Origin: Candidatus Woesearchaeota archaeon
Lineage (GTDB): Archaea > Nanobdellota > Nanobdellia > Woesearchaeales > SM23-78
DNA length: 55,869 nucleotides
Direction of reading: 5' to 3'
Assembly (NCBI GenBank): GCA_016933095.1
Contig: JAFGBP010000069.1
Location: forward strand, 1-55,869
Position numbers and translations under genes: made by a program. Position 1 is the first letter of the stretch. The number at the start of each line of letters is the position of its first letter. Positions 34,928 through 42,963 of this stretch are shown piece by piece. Under the pieces are notes generated by a model. It was not told where the DNA came from and did not search any database. It saw only the letters and a program-made list of their open reading frames with translations.

Positions 34928-36049
34928 GTGAAAATGGACCATTATCATTTAAAGGCTTTCTTTGCGTGGATGATGGTCTCAATAATTGTATGCGCTGCTT
35001 CTGCGATGGCAGTTGCGGATCCGTGCGACGCCAAGGATGGTTGGTATGATACTGCATTTTCAAGGCTGGTGGTGGATGGTGAGTGCATGCAGAAAGTCCA
35101 GGTCATGAGGCAGTATCGGGATTACCAGTCTATGTCGAGTTTCTGTGTCTACAGGATTACTGACATCACTTGGATCGACACATCTGATTCTGTGCCTGCG
35201 GCTGACGGAACGAGCTGTAATGACAGCTTGTGGTGCACTGTCGATGATTCTTGTTCTGGCGGCGTGTGTTTGGGTTTCCAGAGGGACTGTTCAGGCAATA
35301 GCTTTGGAGAACTCTCCTCTTGCGATAATGTCCCTGACGCCAACCCTTTCACTTTTGATTACAGCGTTGGCTTTGATAGCGTGTGCAGCGAGGCTTTGCA
35401 GGCCTGCACCCAGGAAGATAGGGTCTTCACCCATGAATGCAGCATTGCTGGCTGCAATGCTTCCTGTGAGCAGGACAGCGACTGTGATGACAATAATGCT
35501 GCAACAGCCGATACTTGCCTTGCAAACTGCTCCTGTCAATACACTGTAATAGAATCTTGCGGAGATGGTGTTTGTGGCTCTAGCGAGTCATGTTCGACTT
35601 GCCCTGCTGACTGTGGTTCTTGCCAGACAACGACCACTAAGAAGAGCAGCGGTGGAGGTGGAGGAAGCATAAGCGCTTCTGATTACTTGCCTTCGATTTG
35701 GAACTGCACCGATTGGAGCGAGTGCGTAGATGGAAATGAGAAGAGGACTTGTGAGTTGAATGGCGTCTCAAAGGAAGAATCAAGGGTTTGCTTTGAGGAA
35801 AACCAGGGCTCTTCTGATGGCGGTTCTTCCGGAACCGTTGTCTCTGAAGACTCCTCCTCGGCAGGCGTCTTGTCAGGATCAGAGCCTCTTTTGATGAACG
35901 ACACCGATTCTCAGCAGGTTGATAACTCAATAACTGGTTTTAGTATCAAGGACTTTGATGCTGGAAATTCTAACTCTCTATGGTTTGTGGTCTTGATGCT
36001 CGGGGTCATTGCGGGCTATATCGGATTGAGTATTCTCAGAAAGGAGTGA
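34928..36049 (+). CDS. Cysteine-rich surface protein (373 aa), a paralogue of 32210..34852 with one Cys module and the same C-terminal architecture.
   Basis: CDAKDGWYDT...SCNDSLWCTVDDSCSGGVCLGFQRDCSGNSFGELSSCDNVPDANPFTFDYSVGFDSVCSE...CGDGVCGSSESCSTCPADCGSC...ITGFSIKDF...LWFVVLMLGVIAGYIGLSILRKE. Confidence 0.75.
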   Translation: MKMDHYHLKAFFAWMMVSIIVCAASAMAVADPCDAKDGWYDTAFSRLVVDGECMQKVQVMRQYRDYQSMSSFCVYRITDITWIDTSDSVPAADGTSCNDSLWCTVDDSCSGGVCLGFQRDCSGNSFGELSSCDNVPDANPFTFDYSVGFDSVCSEALQACTQEDRVFTHECSIAGCNASCEQDSDCDDNNAATADTCLANCSCQYTVIESCGDGVCGSSESCSTCPADCGSCQTTTTKKSSGGGGGSISASDYLPSIWNCTDWSECVDGNEKRTCELNGVSKEESRVCFEENQGSSDGGSSGTVVSEDSSSAGVLSGSEPLLMNDTDSQQVDNSITGFSIKDFDAGNSNSLWFVVLMLGVIAGYIGLSILRKE

Positions 36050-36071
36050 TTGGGAGGGTTTTACGGCCAGT

Positions 36072-36473
36072 TTACTCGGTTTTCTTCATTATCTCCCATA
36101 AGTTTCTTTGCCTTTGGCTCTCTTTTCTTAGCATGCCTTTTTCTCCCCAATCAATTCGCGTCTGCCATTCGTACTTCCAGGTCGGAGTGTAATCCAGCCC
36201 TATACTGACCAGTTCATCCCTGATCTGGGGGCTTCCTTTCTCTTCAGAGTATATGATGAGGCAGGGTTTGTTGAAAGGCAAATGGTCGATCTCCAAGTTT
36301 CTTTTTGGATTATACTTGGCTCGTATTATTTTGCCTTGATTCACGAGTTCGTCAATCTTGGGGAACACCTCATCGAGCTTGCTTGCGGGTGCTTCGTAGA
36401 TCAGCTTTCCGACTATTAACTGGCGGTTCTCAGGGTTAATGGACCAGATCCATGCTCCATCCTTCTTAATCAT
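36072..36473 (-). CDS. Hypothetical protein, tentatively DUF1917/Bles03-like.
   Basis: 133-aa ORF. The GAWIW...KLDEVFPKIDELVNQGKIIRAKY...PCLIIYSEE...IRDELVSIGLDYTPTWKYEWQT layout resembles that family, from memory only. Confidence 0.5.
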   Translation of the reverse strand: MIKKDGAWIWSINPENRQLIVGKLIYEAPASKLDEVFPKIDELVNQGKIIRAKYNPKRNLEIDHLPFNKPCLIIYSEEKGSPQIRDELVSIGLDYTPTWKYEWQTRIDWGEKGMLRKESQRQRNLWEIMKKTE

Positions 36474-36545
36474 AAGAGAAGACGTGTTGAAAATGAGCTT
36501 AAATGCTTTTTGGAAAGAATATGATGAAATAATATGAATGAATAT

Positions 36546-37400
36546 CTACCAAATCTTGCTTTTCTTCTTGCCGCTGTATTGCTCCCTTATCTGCTGCGAG
36601 AAGACTGCAAGCCCGATCCCTGCACCGAGTGCCAGGATGAATCCTATGGCGATGTATAGTGGCACGTTAGGCTTGGAAGGCTCTACAGGGTACTCTGCGT
36701 AGCCGATTATCTTGACATCGGCGCTCTTCTCCTGGGCCATTATGCTGGCTTCTTCACGCCTATTGAGCAAGTAGTCGTATATCTTCTGCTTTGCGCTCAT
36801 CTCCCGAACAAGGGCTTCATGGGCTATCCTGTCATCAATTGTGGTCGTGGAGTTGATGTTCATGCTCTGGTTCAGGAACTCCAGGTGCGCCTTGGTCATC
36901 TCGTTGAGCTCGAACTCGTAGAACGAAATCTGCTCGGTTATGAAGTTGCTGACGTCCTGGGCTTCCAAGACCTTCTCTTCGCTGCTGTAGTTGACGTAAG
37001 ACCTTGCAATTAGGTTCGCGATTGCCATTGCCTTTTCAGGGTCATATGCCTGGACTGTTATCTCTATGACGTTCGAGTCCTTCAGGATCTCGGTGTTCAC
37101 CTTGTATCCATCTACCCCTTGGGTGGTGTATACAGGACTCATGATTACTGGGCTCATTATGAGGTATGTTTGGGTCTCCAAGTCAACCTTTGGTGCAATC
37201 TTTCCAAGGACGCTGCTTATCTGGTCTCCTCCGCTTACCATGATCATGCTGCTAGTCTCATAGACTGGGGGGGTAGTCATGGTGAAGATCAGGACTAATC
37301 CGAACACCACTAGGAATCCGAGAAGTGCAGCGACCCAGTTGTCACCTACAATCTTCAGATAATCGAAAAATTCAAGTTCATCATCGCTCATTGGAATCAA
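36546..37400 (-). CDS. Wzz-like polysaccharide chain-length determinant protein.
   Basis: N-terminal TM helix followed by PPVYETSSMIMVSG (Wzz motif), a long helical periplasmic-type region, and a C-terminal TM helix PLYIAIGFILALGAGIGLAVF. Confidence 0.75.
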   Translation of the reverse strand: MIPMSDDELEFFDYLKIVGDNWVAALLGFLVVFGLVLIFTMTTPPVYETSSMIMVSGGDQISSVLGKIAPKVDLETQTYLIMSPVIMSPVYTTQGVDGYKVNTEILKDSNVIEITVQAYDPEKAMAIANLIARSYVNYSSEEKVLEAQDVSNFITEQISFYEFELNEMTKAHLEFLNQSMNINSTTTIDDRIAHEALVREMSAKQKIYDYLLNRREEASIMAQEKSADVKIIGYAEYPVEPSKPNVPLYIAIGFILALGAGIGLAVFSQQIREQYSGKKKSKIW

Positions 37401-37592
37401 ATCCTCCTTTTTAAAGGCAGAAAAGCCCTTCTATTTTTATAGTTATTGAATTTTTGCCTCCTTTTAGTGAGAACTTTAGGGTTAATCCCTTGTTTGGGCC
37501 AGAACCAGCAATCCAATAGTATTCCTAGGCATCTTATGCCTGTTGTCATCCCTCTATGGGGGTTGAAAAAATATTATGAAAGAATGTTGTTA

Positions 37593-38123
37593 TTATCGCT
37601 TCCTCAGGTAAAGCATGCCGAGTGTCCCTACTATGATGGCTGCTCCCAGGGTCAGCGTGCTGAATTCCGGAACCCCACCAGTCGTTGGCGGGGTACTGGT
37701 GATGCTTGGCATCTTGCCGCAAAGCAGGATTGCGCTCAGGTCTTTGTCGACGCATACTGTTCGGTAGTCATAGACCTTGTGCGGGAGTGGGAAGCCGCTC
37801 CAATGCCATGAGTCTTTATTCTTCTCTTTCCAGCATTGCTCCCAGGCGTCAATCGTGCCCGAGGTTCCACCGGAAAAGGTCTTGATATCAGTTCCTGCCT
37901 TTGCGACTACTTTTAATGCTGCTGGGTCTGACTCCCAATCGGCGCTCTGTGCGTCTCCTGATACGTCGGTGTTGGATCCACTTCTCTCGGATTCTTTCTC
38001 CCATCCATCGTGGTATTCCCACTTGGCGACTTCAATGTACCCAGTTCCGCATTTGAATGAGCACGCGCTCGCTACGGTCACCAGTAGGAGGGCGACGATC
38101 AAATAGCTCAATATCTTCCTCAT
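37593..38123 (-). CDS. PEF-CTERM sorting-domain protein (secreted; mature domain of unknown function).
   Basis: Signal MRKILSYLIVALLLVTVASA. C-terminus GGVPEFSTLTLGAAIIVGTLGMLYLRKR followed by the stop. This is the tripartite signal: PEF motif, TM helix, basic tail. Confidence 0.85.
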   Translation of the reverse strand: MRKILSYLIVALLLVTVASACSFKCGTGYIEVAKWEYHDGWEKESERSGSNTDVSGDAQSADWESDPAALKVVAKAGTDIKTFSGGTSGTIDAWEQCWKEKNKDSWHWSGFPLPHKVYDYRTVCVDKDLSAILLCGKMPSITSTPPTTGGVPEFSTLTLGAAIIVGTLGMLYLRKR

Positions 38124-38154
38124 TGTTCCACCCTTGTGTCTTCTCCTTTTTTTT

Positions 38155-38604
38155 TTATCTTCTTCTGAGCGTGAGTATTCCTGCCGTTCCGATCACGACT
38201 GCTGCAAGAAGCGTGAATGTTGAGAACTCTGGCACTCCGTTGCCTGGGTCCTCGTCGTCACCGCCAATTGTCTGGCAGAATGTTATGTGCGAGACGTCTT
38301 GTCCGCAGCTTGTTGAGAAGTCCTTTTCTCCTGCGCTGTAGCCGCTCGTGTAGTCGGTGTATTCGCACTTGTCGCCGCTTTTGACCCTCACGACGTCTGA
38401 TGCGTTCATCCGTACTGTCCAGCTGTCTCCGTTGTCTTCGACAAGCGAGAATCCTGAGCAGCTTGGGCCTTCGGTGGCTCCGCCGCCTTCTATCTTACAT
38501 TGGAATATTAACCCGTAGTCTGCGCATTCACTGCTGGGGCTTCCTCCTGCAAGAACTGTTGTGGCCAGAATGAGTGCCATCATAATAAATACTGCTATTT
38601 TCAT
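38155..38604 (-). CDS. PEF-CTERM sorting-domain protein.
   Basis: Signal MKIAVFIMMALILATTVLAG. C-terminus GNGVPEFSTFTLLAAVVIGTAGILTLRRR followed by the stop. Confidence 0.85.
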   Translation of the reverse strand: MKIAVFIMMALILATTVLAGGSPSSECADYGLIFQCKIEGGGATEGPSCSGFSLVEDNGDSWTVRMNASDVVRVKSGDKCEYTDYTSGYSAGEKDFSTSCGQDVSHITFCQTIGGDDEDPGNGVPEFSTFTLLAAVVIGTAGILTLRRR

Positions 38605-38716
38605 ATTACAATCCCCCGATTATTGTTCCCTCACCAGCTTTTTTTTGAAAAATATGATTGTTATTCTCTTGTTTTCGTGTGTGAAAAATGAAATACTTTA
38701 TAAGATTTTGCTTTTC

Positions 38717-39208
38717 TTAGTGCTTTCGTAGGTAGAGTACGCCTAGAAGTCCTAGTGCGACTGCTGCTCCCAGTGTGAGTGTTGAGAACTCTGGTACGCC
38801 TGCGCCTGGTCCGATAAGGTTATGGCTGCCGGTTATTCCGTCTCCTGGCGAGCTTGGTGCCCTTCCGCACATGGTGATCTTTGCGATCCCGTCTGCTTCG
38901 ACTGTTTCTGAGCTGGCGACTCCGTTGTAGTCGTGGGTCTCGTTCGCTGTTGCAACGATCACTCCTGCGATGCTTGTGCTTGAGGTCCAGTTTGCTTCTT
39001 GGTTGTCTCCTACGACGTTTGTCGTGTAGCCGCCGGCTTCGTCAATCTTGACGTAGCTGCTGCCCATGTAGTCCCATTGGGCGACTGCAAAGTCGTATCC
39101 GAGCTCTGCGCAGTCAGCGTCCATTGTTGATGGTGGAAGCTGTTGTATTGCGCTTGCGCTTGATACTATTAGCAGTGCTGCGAGGACGTAGCTTAGTATT
39201 GCTTTCAT
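38717..39208 (-). CDS. PEF-CTERM sorting-domain protein.
   Basis: Signal MKAILSYVLAALLIVSSASA. C-terminus GAGVPEFSTLTLGAAVALGLLGVLYLRKH followed by the stop. Confidence 0.85.
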   Translation of the reverse strand: MKAILSYVLAALLIVSSASAIQQLPPSTMDADCAELGYDFAVAQWDYMGSSYVKIDEAGGYTTNVVGDNQEANWTSSTSIAGVIVATANETHDYNGVASSETVEADGIAKITMCGRAPSSPGDGITGSHNLIGPGAGVPEFSTLTLGAAVALGLLGVLYLRKH

Positions 39209-39625
39209 TTTGTTTTCAATCCCCCAAAACTTAAGATTTTATGTTGTGGATGGTCCTTTCCTTTATAAAGGTTTCTTTTATTTCACTACTTCTGGATAGA
39301 GAATGACTTTCCTCCAGATTTTGGGTGACAAATCTCCAGAAATTGACCGGTTTCTTCGGAGATCTGGTTCTTTTAGTCTGACGGGCTATGTGAATCTGGT
39401 GATGCTTCTCAAGATATTCCTGCGCGGTGCTGTTTTGATATTGCAATATGGGGAGATTATTGGGGGTGGTTTGATCCTTCAAAAGAGCTAGGAAAGAATG
39501 GAACGCACCTTAAGCAATGCGTCGCGGTGGTGGCGAGAAAGCTTGCCATTATTGTTATTTTGATGTGTTGAATTGCCATGAATTATCGAAACATTTAAAT
39601 ATATTATTATCACTAGTTATTGAAT

Positions 39626-40147
39626 ATGTCAAAAATAAGTGATAATATTGCGAGTCTTTCGGAGAATGAAGTTCGAATCATTGCCGAACTTGAATTTAAG
39701 AAGAAATACTATTTTACAAGAGAAGATATCAAGCATCACTTTGACAAGAAAAGCAAAGTCAGCTATGCAATTCATCGGCTCATAGCAAAAAAAAGGATTG
39801 TAAAGCTTAACAGGAATAAGTATTGCCTCATCCCTATGAAAGCCAAGACCGGAAGATGGACTGATGACCCGTTCATAATCGCTGATGAGATGTTTGAAGG
39901 AAAAGATTACTACATCGGAGGATGGGCTGCCGCCCACTACTGGAAGCTCACAGAACAGATACCTATGAAAATTGAGATATTTACTAATAAAAGGAACGGA
40001 TCGTCGAAAACCCTTACAGAAACATTCATATTCAAGAAAACAACCCTGAAAAGAATAGATGAAGCAATAATTAGAACAATTTCCAATCACAGCTTCAAGA
40101 TCCTTAGCAAGAAGAGATCAAAACAATGGCTGAAAACAAGAAAATAA
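39626..40147 (+). CDS. AbiEi-like antitoxin/transcriptional regulator (type IV TA).
   Basis: N-terminal wHTH-like region EVRIIAELEFKKKYYFTREDIKHHF...SYAIHRLIAKKRIVKLNRNKYCLIP. It overlaps the downstream AbiEii-type gene by 22 nt. Confidence 0.65.
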   Translation: MSKISDNIASLSENEVRIIAELEFKKKYYFTREDIKHHFDKKSKVSYAIHRLIAKKRIVKLNRNKYCLIPMKAKTGRWTDDPFIIADEMFEGKDYYIGGWAAAHYWKLTEQIPMKIEIFTNKRNGSSKTLTETFIFKKTTLKRIDEAIIRTISNHSFKILSKKRSKQWLKTRK

Positions 40148-40929
40148 GCTTTCTTGAAGTTGATAATAAAAAATCAACCATCAAGGAACTACTCGAAGAA
40201 GAACTATTGCAGATCATGGCAGATCGCGGATTTGCAAGAGCACTAACCCTAAAGGATTACTACATCTCAATAATTCTCTATCTGCTAAAAGACGTGAAAG
40301 GGATCTGTTTCAAAGGAGGCACGGCACTGCAAAAAACGCTTCTGGACTATTCAAGACTTAGCGAAGACATAGACTTCACACTAACAAGGGATCTAAACAA
40401 AGTGAAAGAAGAGATAATCCGAATCCTGAATGACTCAAAGCTCTTCGGAAAAATCGACAAGGACAAGGATGTTACCAAATTTACCAGGCTAATAGCACCA
40501 TACTCTTCAAGTCTTGGGCGAGGAGAGATATTTCTTGACCTGAACGAAAGAGGAAAACTGCTCCTAAAACCAGAGCTACTGGATATGAAGCATTTCTATC
40601 CAAACATTCCAAAATACAACTTCCTGTGCTTGAATAGGAAAGAGATGATTGCAGAGAAAGTTGCTGCGGCTATCGGCAGGAACAAGCCCAGAGATCACTA
40701 TGATATATACCAGATCATAAAGCATAAGATTCCCGTAGATATGTCTTTGGTTGAGAAGAAATGCAAGCAGTCTGGAGATGAATTTGACATTACAAAGATG
40801 TTCAACAGGGCCAAGAAACGCCACAAAAGATGGAACGCAGACATGATCCCGTTATTGGCCGAAGATGTCAAGTTCCAGGAAGTCATGAAGACACTGGCTG
40901 ATCATTTTGATCTCAAATCATATAGATGA
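40126..40929 (+). CDS. Nucleotidyltransferase AbiEii/AbiGii toxin family protein (DUF1814).
   Basis: FKGGTALQKTLLDYSRLSEDIDFT is the family's GGTAL...S.D.D nucleotidyltransferase motif. KPRDHYDIYQI matches the R.RD..D motif. Confidence 0.8.
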   Translation: MAENKKISFLEVDNKKSTIKELLEEELLQIMADRGFARALTLKDYYISIILYLLKDVKGICFKGGTALQKTLLDYSRLSEDIDFTLTRDLNKVKEEIIRILNDSKLFGKIDKDKDVTKFTRLIAPYSSSLGRGEIFLDLNERGKLLLKPELLDMKHFYPNIPKYNFLCLNRKEMIAEKVAAAIGRNKPRDHYDIYQIIKHKIPVDMSLVEKKCKQSGDEFDITKMFNRAKKRHKRWNADMIPLLAEDVKFQEVMKTLADHFDLKSYR

Positions 40930-40966
40930 ACCAATTTCAAAGTAGCGATGGCTTTCAGAAACGTAA

Positions 40967-41239
40967 TTATCTTCGATATGCTGTGTCGTGGTGCTGCAGA
41001 TCCATGAAGCTTATGGTCTTGCTGTTCTCATAAATCTTGAATGTGAGGATGAAGTGAGAGTCGATGTGCACTCTTTTGAAGTCTTTTAGTTCATAGCTCA
41101 GGTGCTTGTATCGCCCAGGTTCGGCGCTTTTCATGACCTCTTCTATCTTGCTGATGGTTGCTTCGTATCTTCTCTTGTCTCGTTTGTATAGTTTCTTCAG
41201 GATCCTGACTAGTTTCTCGCTTCTCTGAAGTCTATACAT
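40967..41239 (-). CDS. RelE/ParE-superfamily type II toxin.
   Basis: 90 aa. KKLYKRDKRRYEATISKIEEV...KHLSYELKDFKRVHIDSHFILTFKI fits the RelE-like layout. It overlaps the upstream antitoxin gene by 8 nt. Confidence 0.7.
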   Translation of the reverse strand: MYRLQRSEKLVRILKKLYKRDKRRYEATISKIEEVMKSAEPGRYKHLSYELKDFKRVHIDSHFILTFKIYENSKTISFMDLQHHDTAYRR

Positions 41240-41477
41240 TCTCTATCTCCTTTCTTAGCTCGTCAATGCTCGTGAACGCCTTGAATTTCCCTTTCTCTAT
41301 CTTTTTGAGCTCTTCTTTGTATTCGGGCCTGAGGCTGGCTTCAAGGAGTGTGTCTCCATATTGGCTTATTATGAAGTTCACGGCGTCTGATTTGTTCTTC
41401 AGGCCGTATTTCCCTCTTACAATCGTGATGAGCCTGTCTTCTCGTTCTCCTAATCTTATTATCGCTTGTACCATCAT
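41232..41477 (-). CDS. Type II antitoxin, partner of the RelE-like toxin.
   Basis: 81 aa. The N-terminal beta-strand/helix IIRLGEREDRLITIVRGKYGLKNKSDAVNFII is RHH/DUF2683-like. Its position and the 8-nt overlap are typical of TA pairs. Confidence 0.6.
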   Translation of the reverse strand: MMVQAIIRLGEREDRLITIVRGKYGLKNKSDAVNFIISQYGDTLLEASLRPEYKEELKKIEKGKFKAFTSIDELRKEIENV

Positions 41478-41634
41478 TTATCTACCTCGTTATGTCTTAT
41501 TATGTTTCATAATAAAACATAACTATTTATAATGATTTCGCTTTGCATCTTTCTTTAGACTTAGAAGGTTTATAATGCCTGCGGGGCAATGTCTAGTGGG
41601 TCCTGTGCTTTCTTTCGAAGAATACGAAAATCTT

Positions 41635-42963
41635 TCAGTACCTGCCCTTTGTCATCAGGATGGCTGGTATGGTCTTGAGTATTATCTGGATGTCAAGGAC
41701 GAGTGACATGTGCTTTACATAATAGATGTCGTAGAGGACTGCCTTGTCGAAGTTCAGCTCATGCCTTCCGTTGACCTGCCAAAGCCCTGTCAGGCCCGGC
41801 TTTACCTTGAAGCGCGCCATCCTCCAACCCTTGTAGTTATGGAGCTCTGTCTGGAGGTGAGGCCTCGACCCCACTATCGACATGTCTCCCTTGAAGATGT
41901 TTATGAGCTGTCCCAGCTCGTCGATGCAGGTCCTCCTTATGAACTTGCCTACCTTCGTGACTCTCGGGTCGTCCTTCATCTTGAAGATGCCCTTGACCTC
42001 GTTCTTGAACTTGGCATTGTCTGTGAAGTGGTCTGAGGCCCTCATCGACCTGAACTTGTAGAGCATGAATGGCTTCAGGTTCTTTCCAAGGCGCTCGTGC
42101 TTGTAGAATACTGGCCCTGGAGAGCCGATCTTTATGGCTATTGCAAGCATGAGGAAGAGTGGGGATAGCACGACTAATGCCGTTCCGGATGCTATGATGT
42201 CGAACAGCCTCTTGAAGAACTGGTATCCCTTGTTGTCTTCCCTGTGAGAGACGTTGATTATCGGGTAGTCCTTGAACTCATCCAATGCTACGGGGTCTAT
42301 GACTAGGTTTAGTATGCTTGATATTATCTTCCATTCTATGTGGTCGTTCTTGATCATGAGCTCGAGCAGCTTGTCGTCTATTGACTCCATCTTGATGAAT
42401 ACGACCTGTGCCTTTTTGAGAGCTGCTTCTAGTTCTTGCAGGTTCTTGGTGATCTTGAATATCCTGTATCCTAGGTGCTTGTCCTTTAGCTTCTCTATCA
42501 GCTCGTCTTTCGGGTCTCCGAAGAAGACTGTCTTCCGGATGTCGTAGCCGTACTCTCGGAATAGCGATATGATCTTGCTGAGTATGGCCCTGCTGAGGGT
42601 GGTTGTCGGGATTGTGAGGGTCATTGCTATGATGAGGGTTGCCCAAAGAGTAATGTCTCTTGTGTCGAACATGAGTAGGAATATGACTAACACGAATAGT
42701 GTCATTCCGACCCCGTAGAGTATGCTCATGAAGTCGTTGTCGTCGAAGAGGTTCCTCTTCTCCTTGTATAGCATGAAGCTTGCGTATGAGAGGATGAGGA
42801 TTACCAGGGTGAACAGGAAGAATCTCTGGTAGAAGAGGCTTGTGTAGTCGAGGCCGGTTATTAATGCTCCTGCCATTGCTGAGATTAGGAATGCTATCAG
42901 GTCTGAGATGTATAGGAGTATGTAGAAGTACTTCTTTTTTCCGTGGAAAAAGTCTAGTATCAT
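41635..42963 (-). CDS. Polyprenyl-phosphate sugar-phosphate transferase (WbaP/EpsB-like 'bacterial sugar transferase' family).
   Basis: N-terminal TM block. C-terminal FKRLFDIIASGTALVVLSPLFLMLAIAIKIGSPGPVFYKHERLGKNLKPFMLYKFRSM...DPRVTKVGKFIRRTCIDELGQLINIFKGDMSIVGSRP...KPGLTGLWQVNGR. Confidence 0.88.
   Translation of the reverse strand: MILDFFHGKKKYFYILLYISDLIAFLISAMAGALITGLDYTSLFYQRFFLFTLVILILSYASFMLYKEKRNLFDDNDFMSILYGVGMTLFVLVIFLLMFDTRDITLWATLIIAMTLTIPTTTLSRAILSKIISLFREYGYDIRKTVFFGDPKDELIEKLKDKHLGYRIFKITKNLQELEAALKKAQVVFIKMESIDDKLLELMIKNDHIEWKIISSILNLVIDPVALDEFKDYPIINVSHREDNKGYQFFKRLFDIIASGTALVVLSPLFLMLAIAIKIGSPGPVFYKHERLGKNLKPFMLYKFRSMRASDHFTDNAKFKNEVKGIFKMKDDPRVTKVGKFIRRTCIDELGQLINIFKGDMSIVGSRPHLQTELHNYKGWRMARFKVKPGLTGLWQVNGRHELNFDKAVLYDIYYVKHMSLVLDIQIILKTIPAILMTKGRY

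Noticed and set aside
36510-36545. Possible box C/D sRNA because of an ATGATGA (C-box-like) sequence in the 36474-36545 spacer.
   Set aside because: There is no CTGA D box or C'/D' pair within the next 60 nt, and no terminal stem.
39231-39482. 83-aa ORF on the minus strand upstream of the third PEF-CTERM gene.
   Set aside because: It has no RBS or TATA box in a sensible position, a basic low-complexity composition and no recognisable motif. The region is more plausibly the promoter/leader of 38717..39208 and the boundary of the AT-rich insert.
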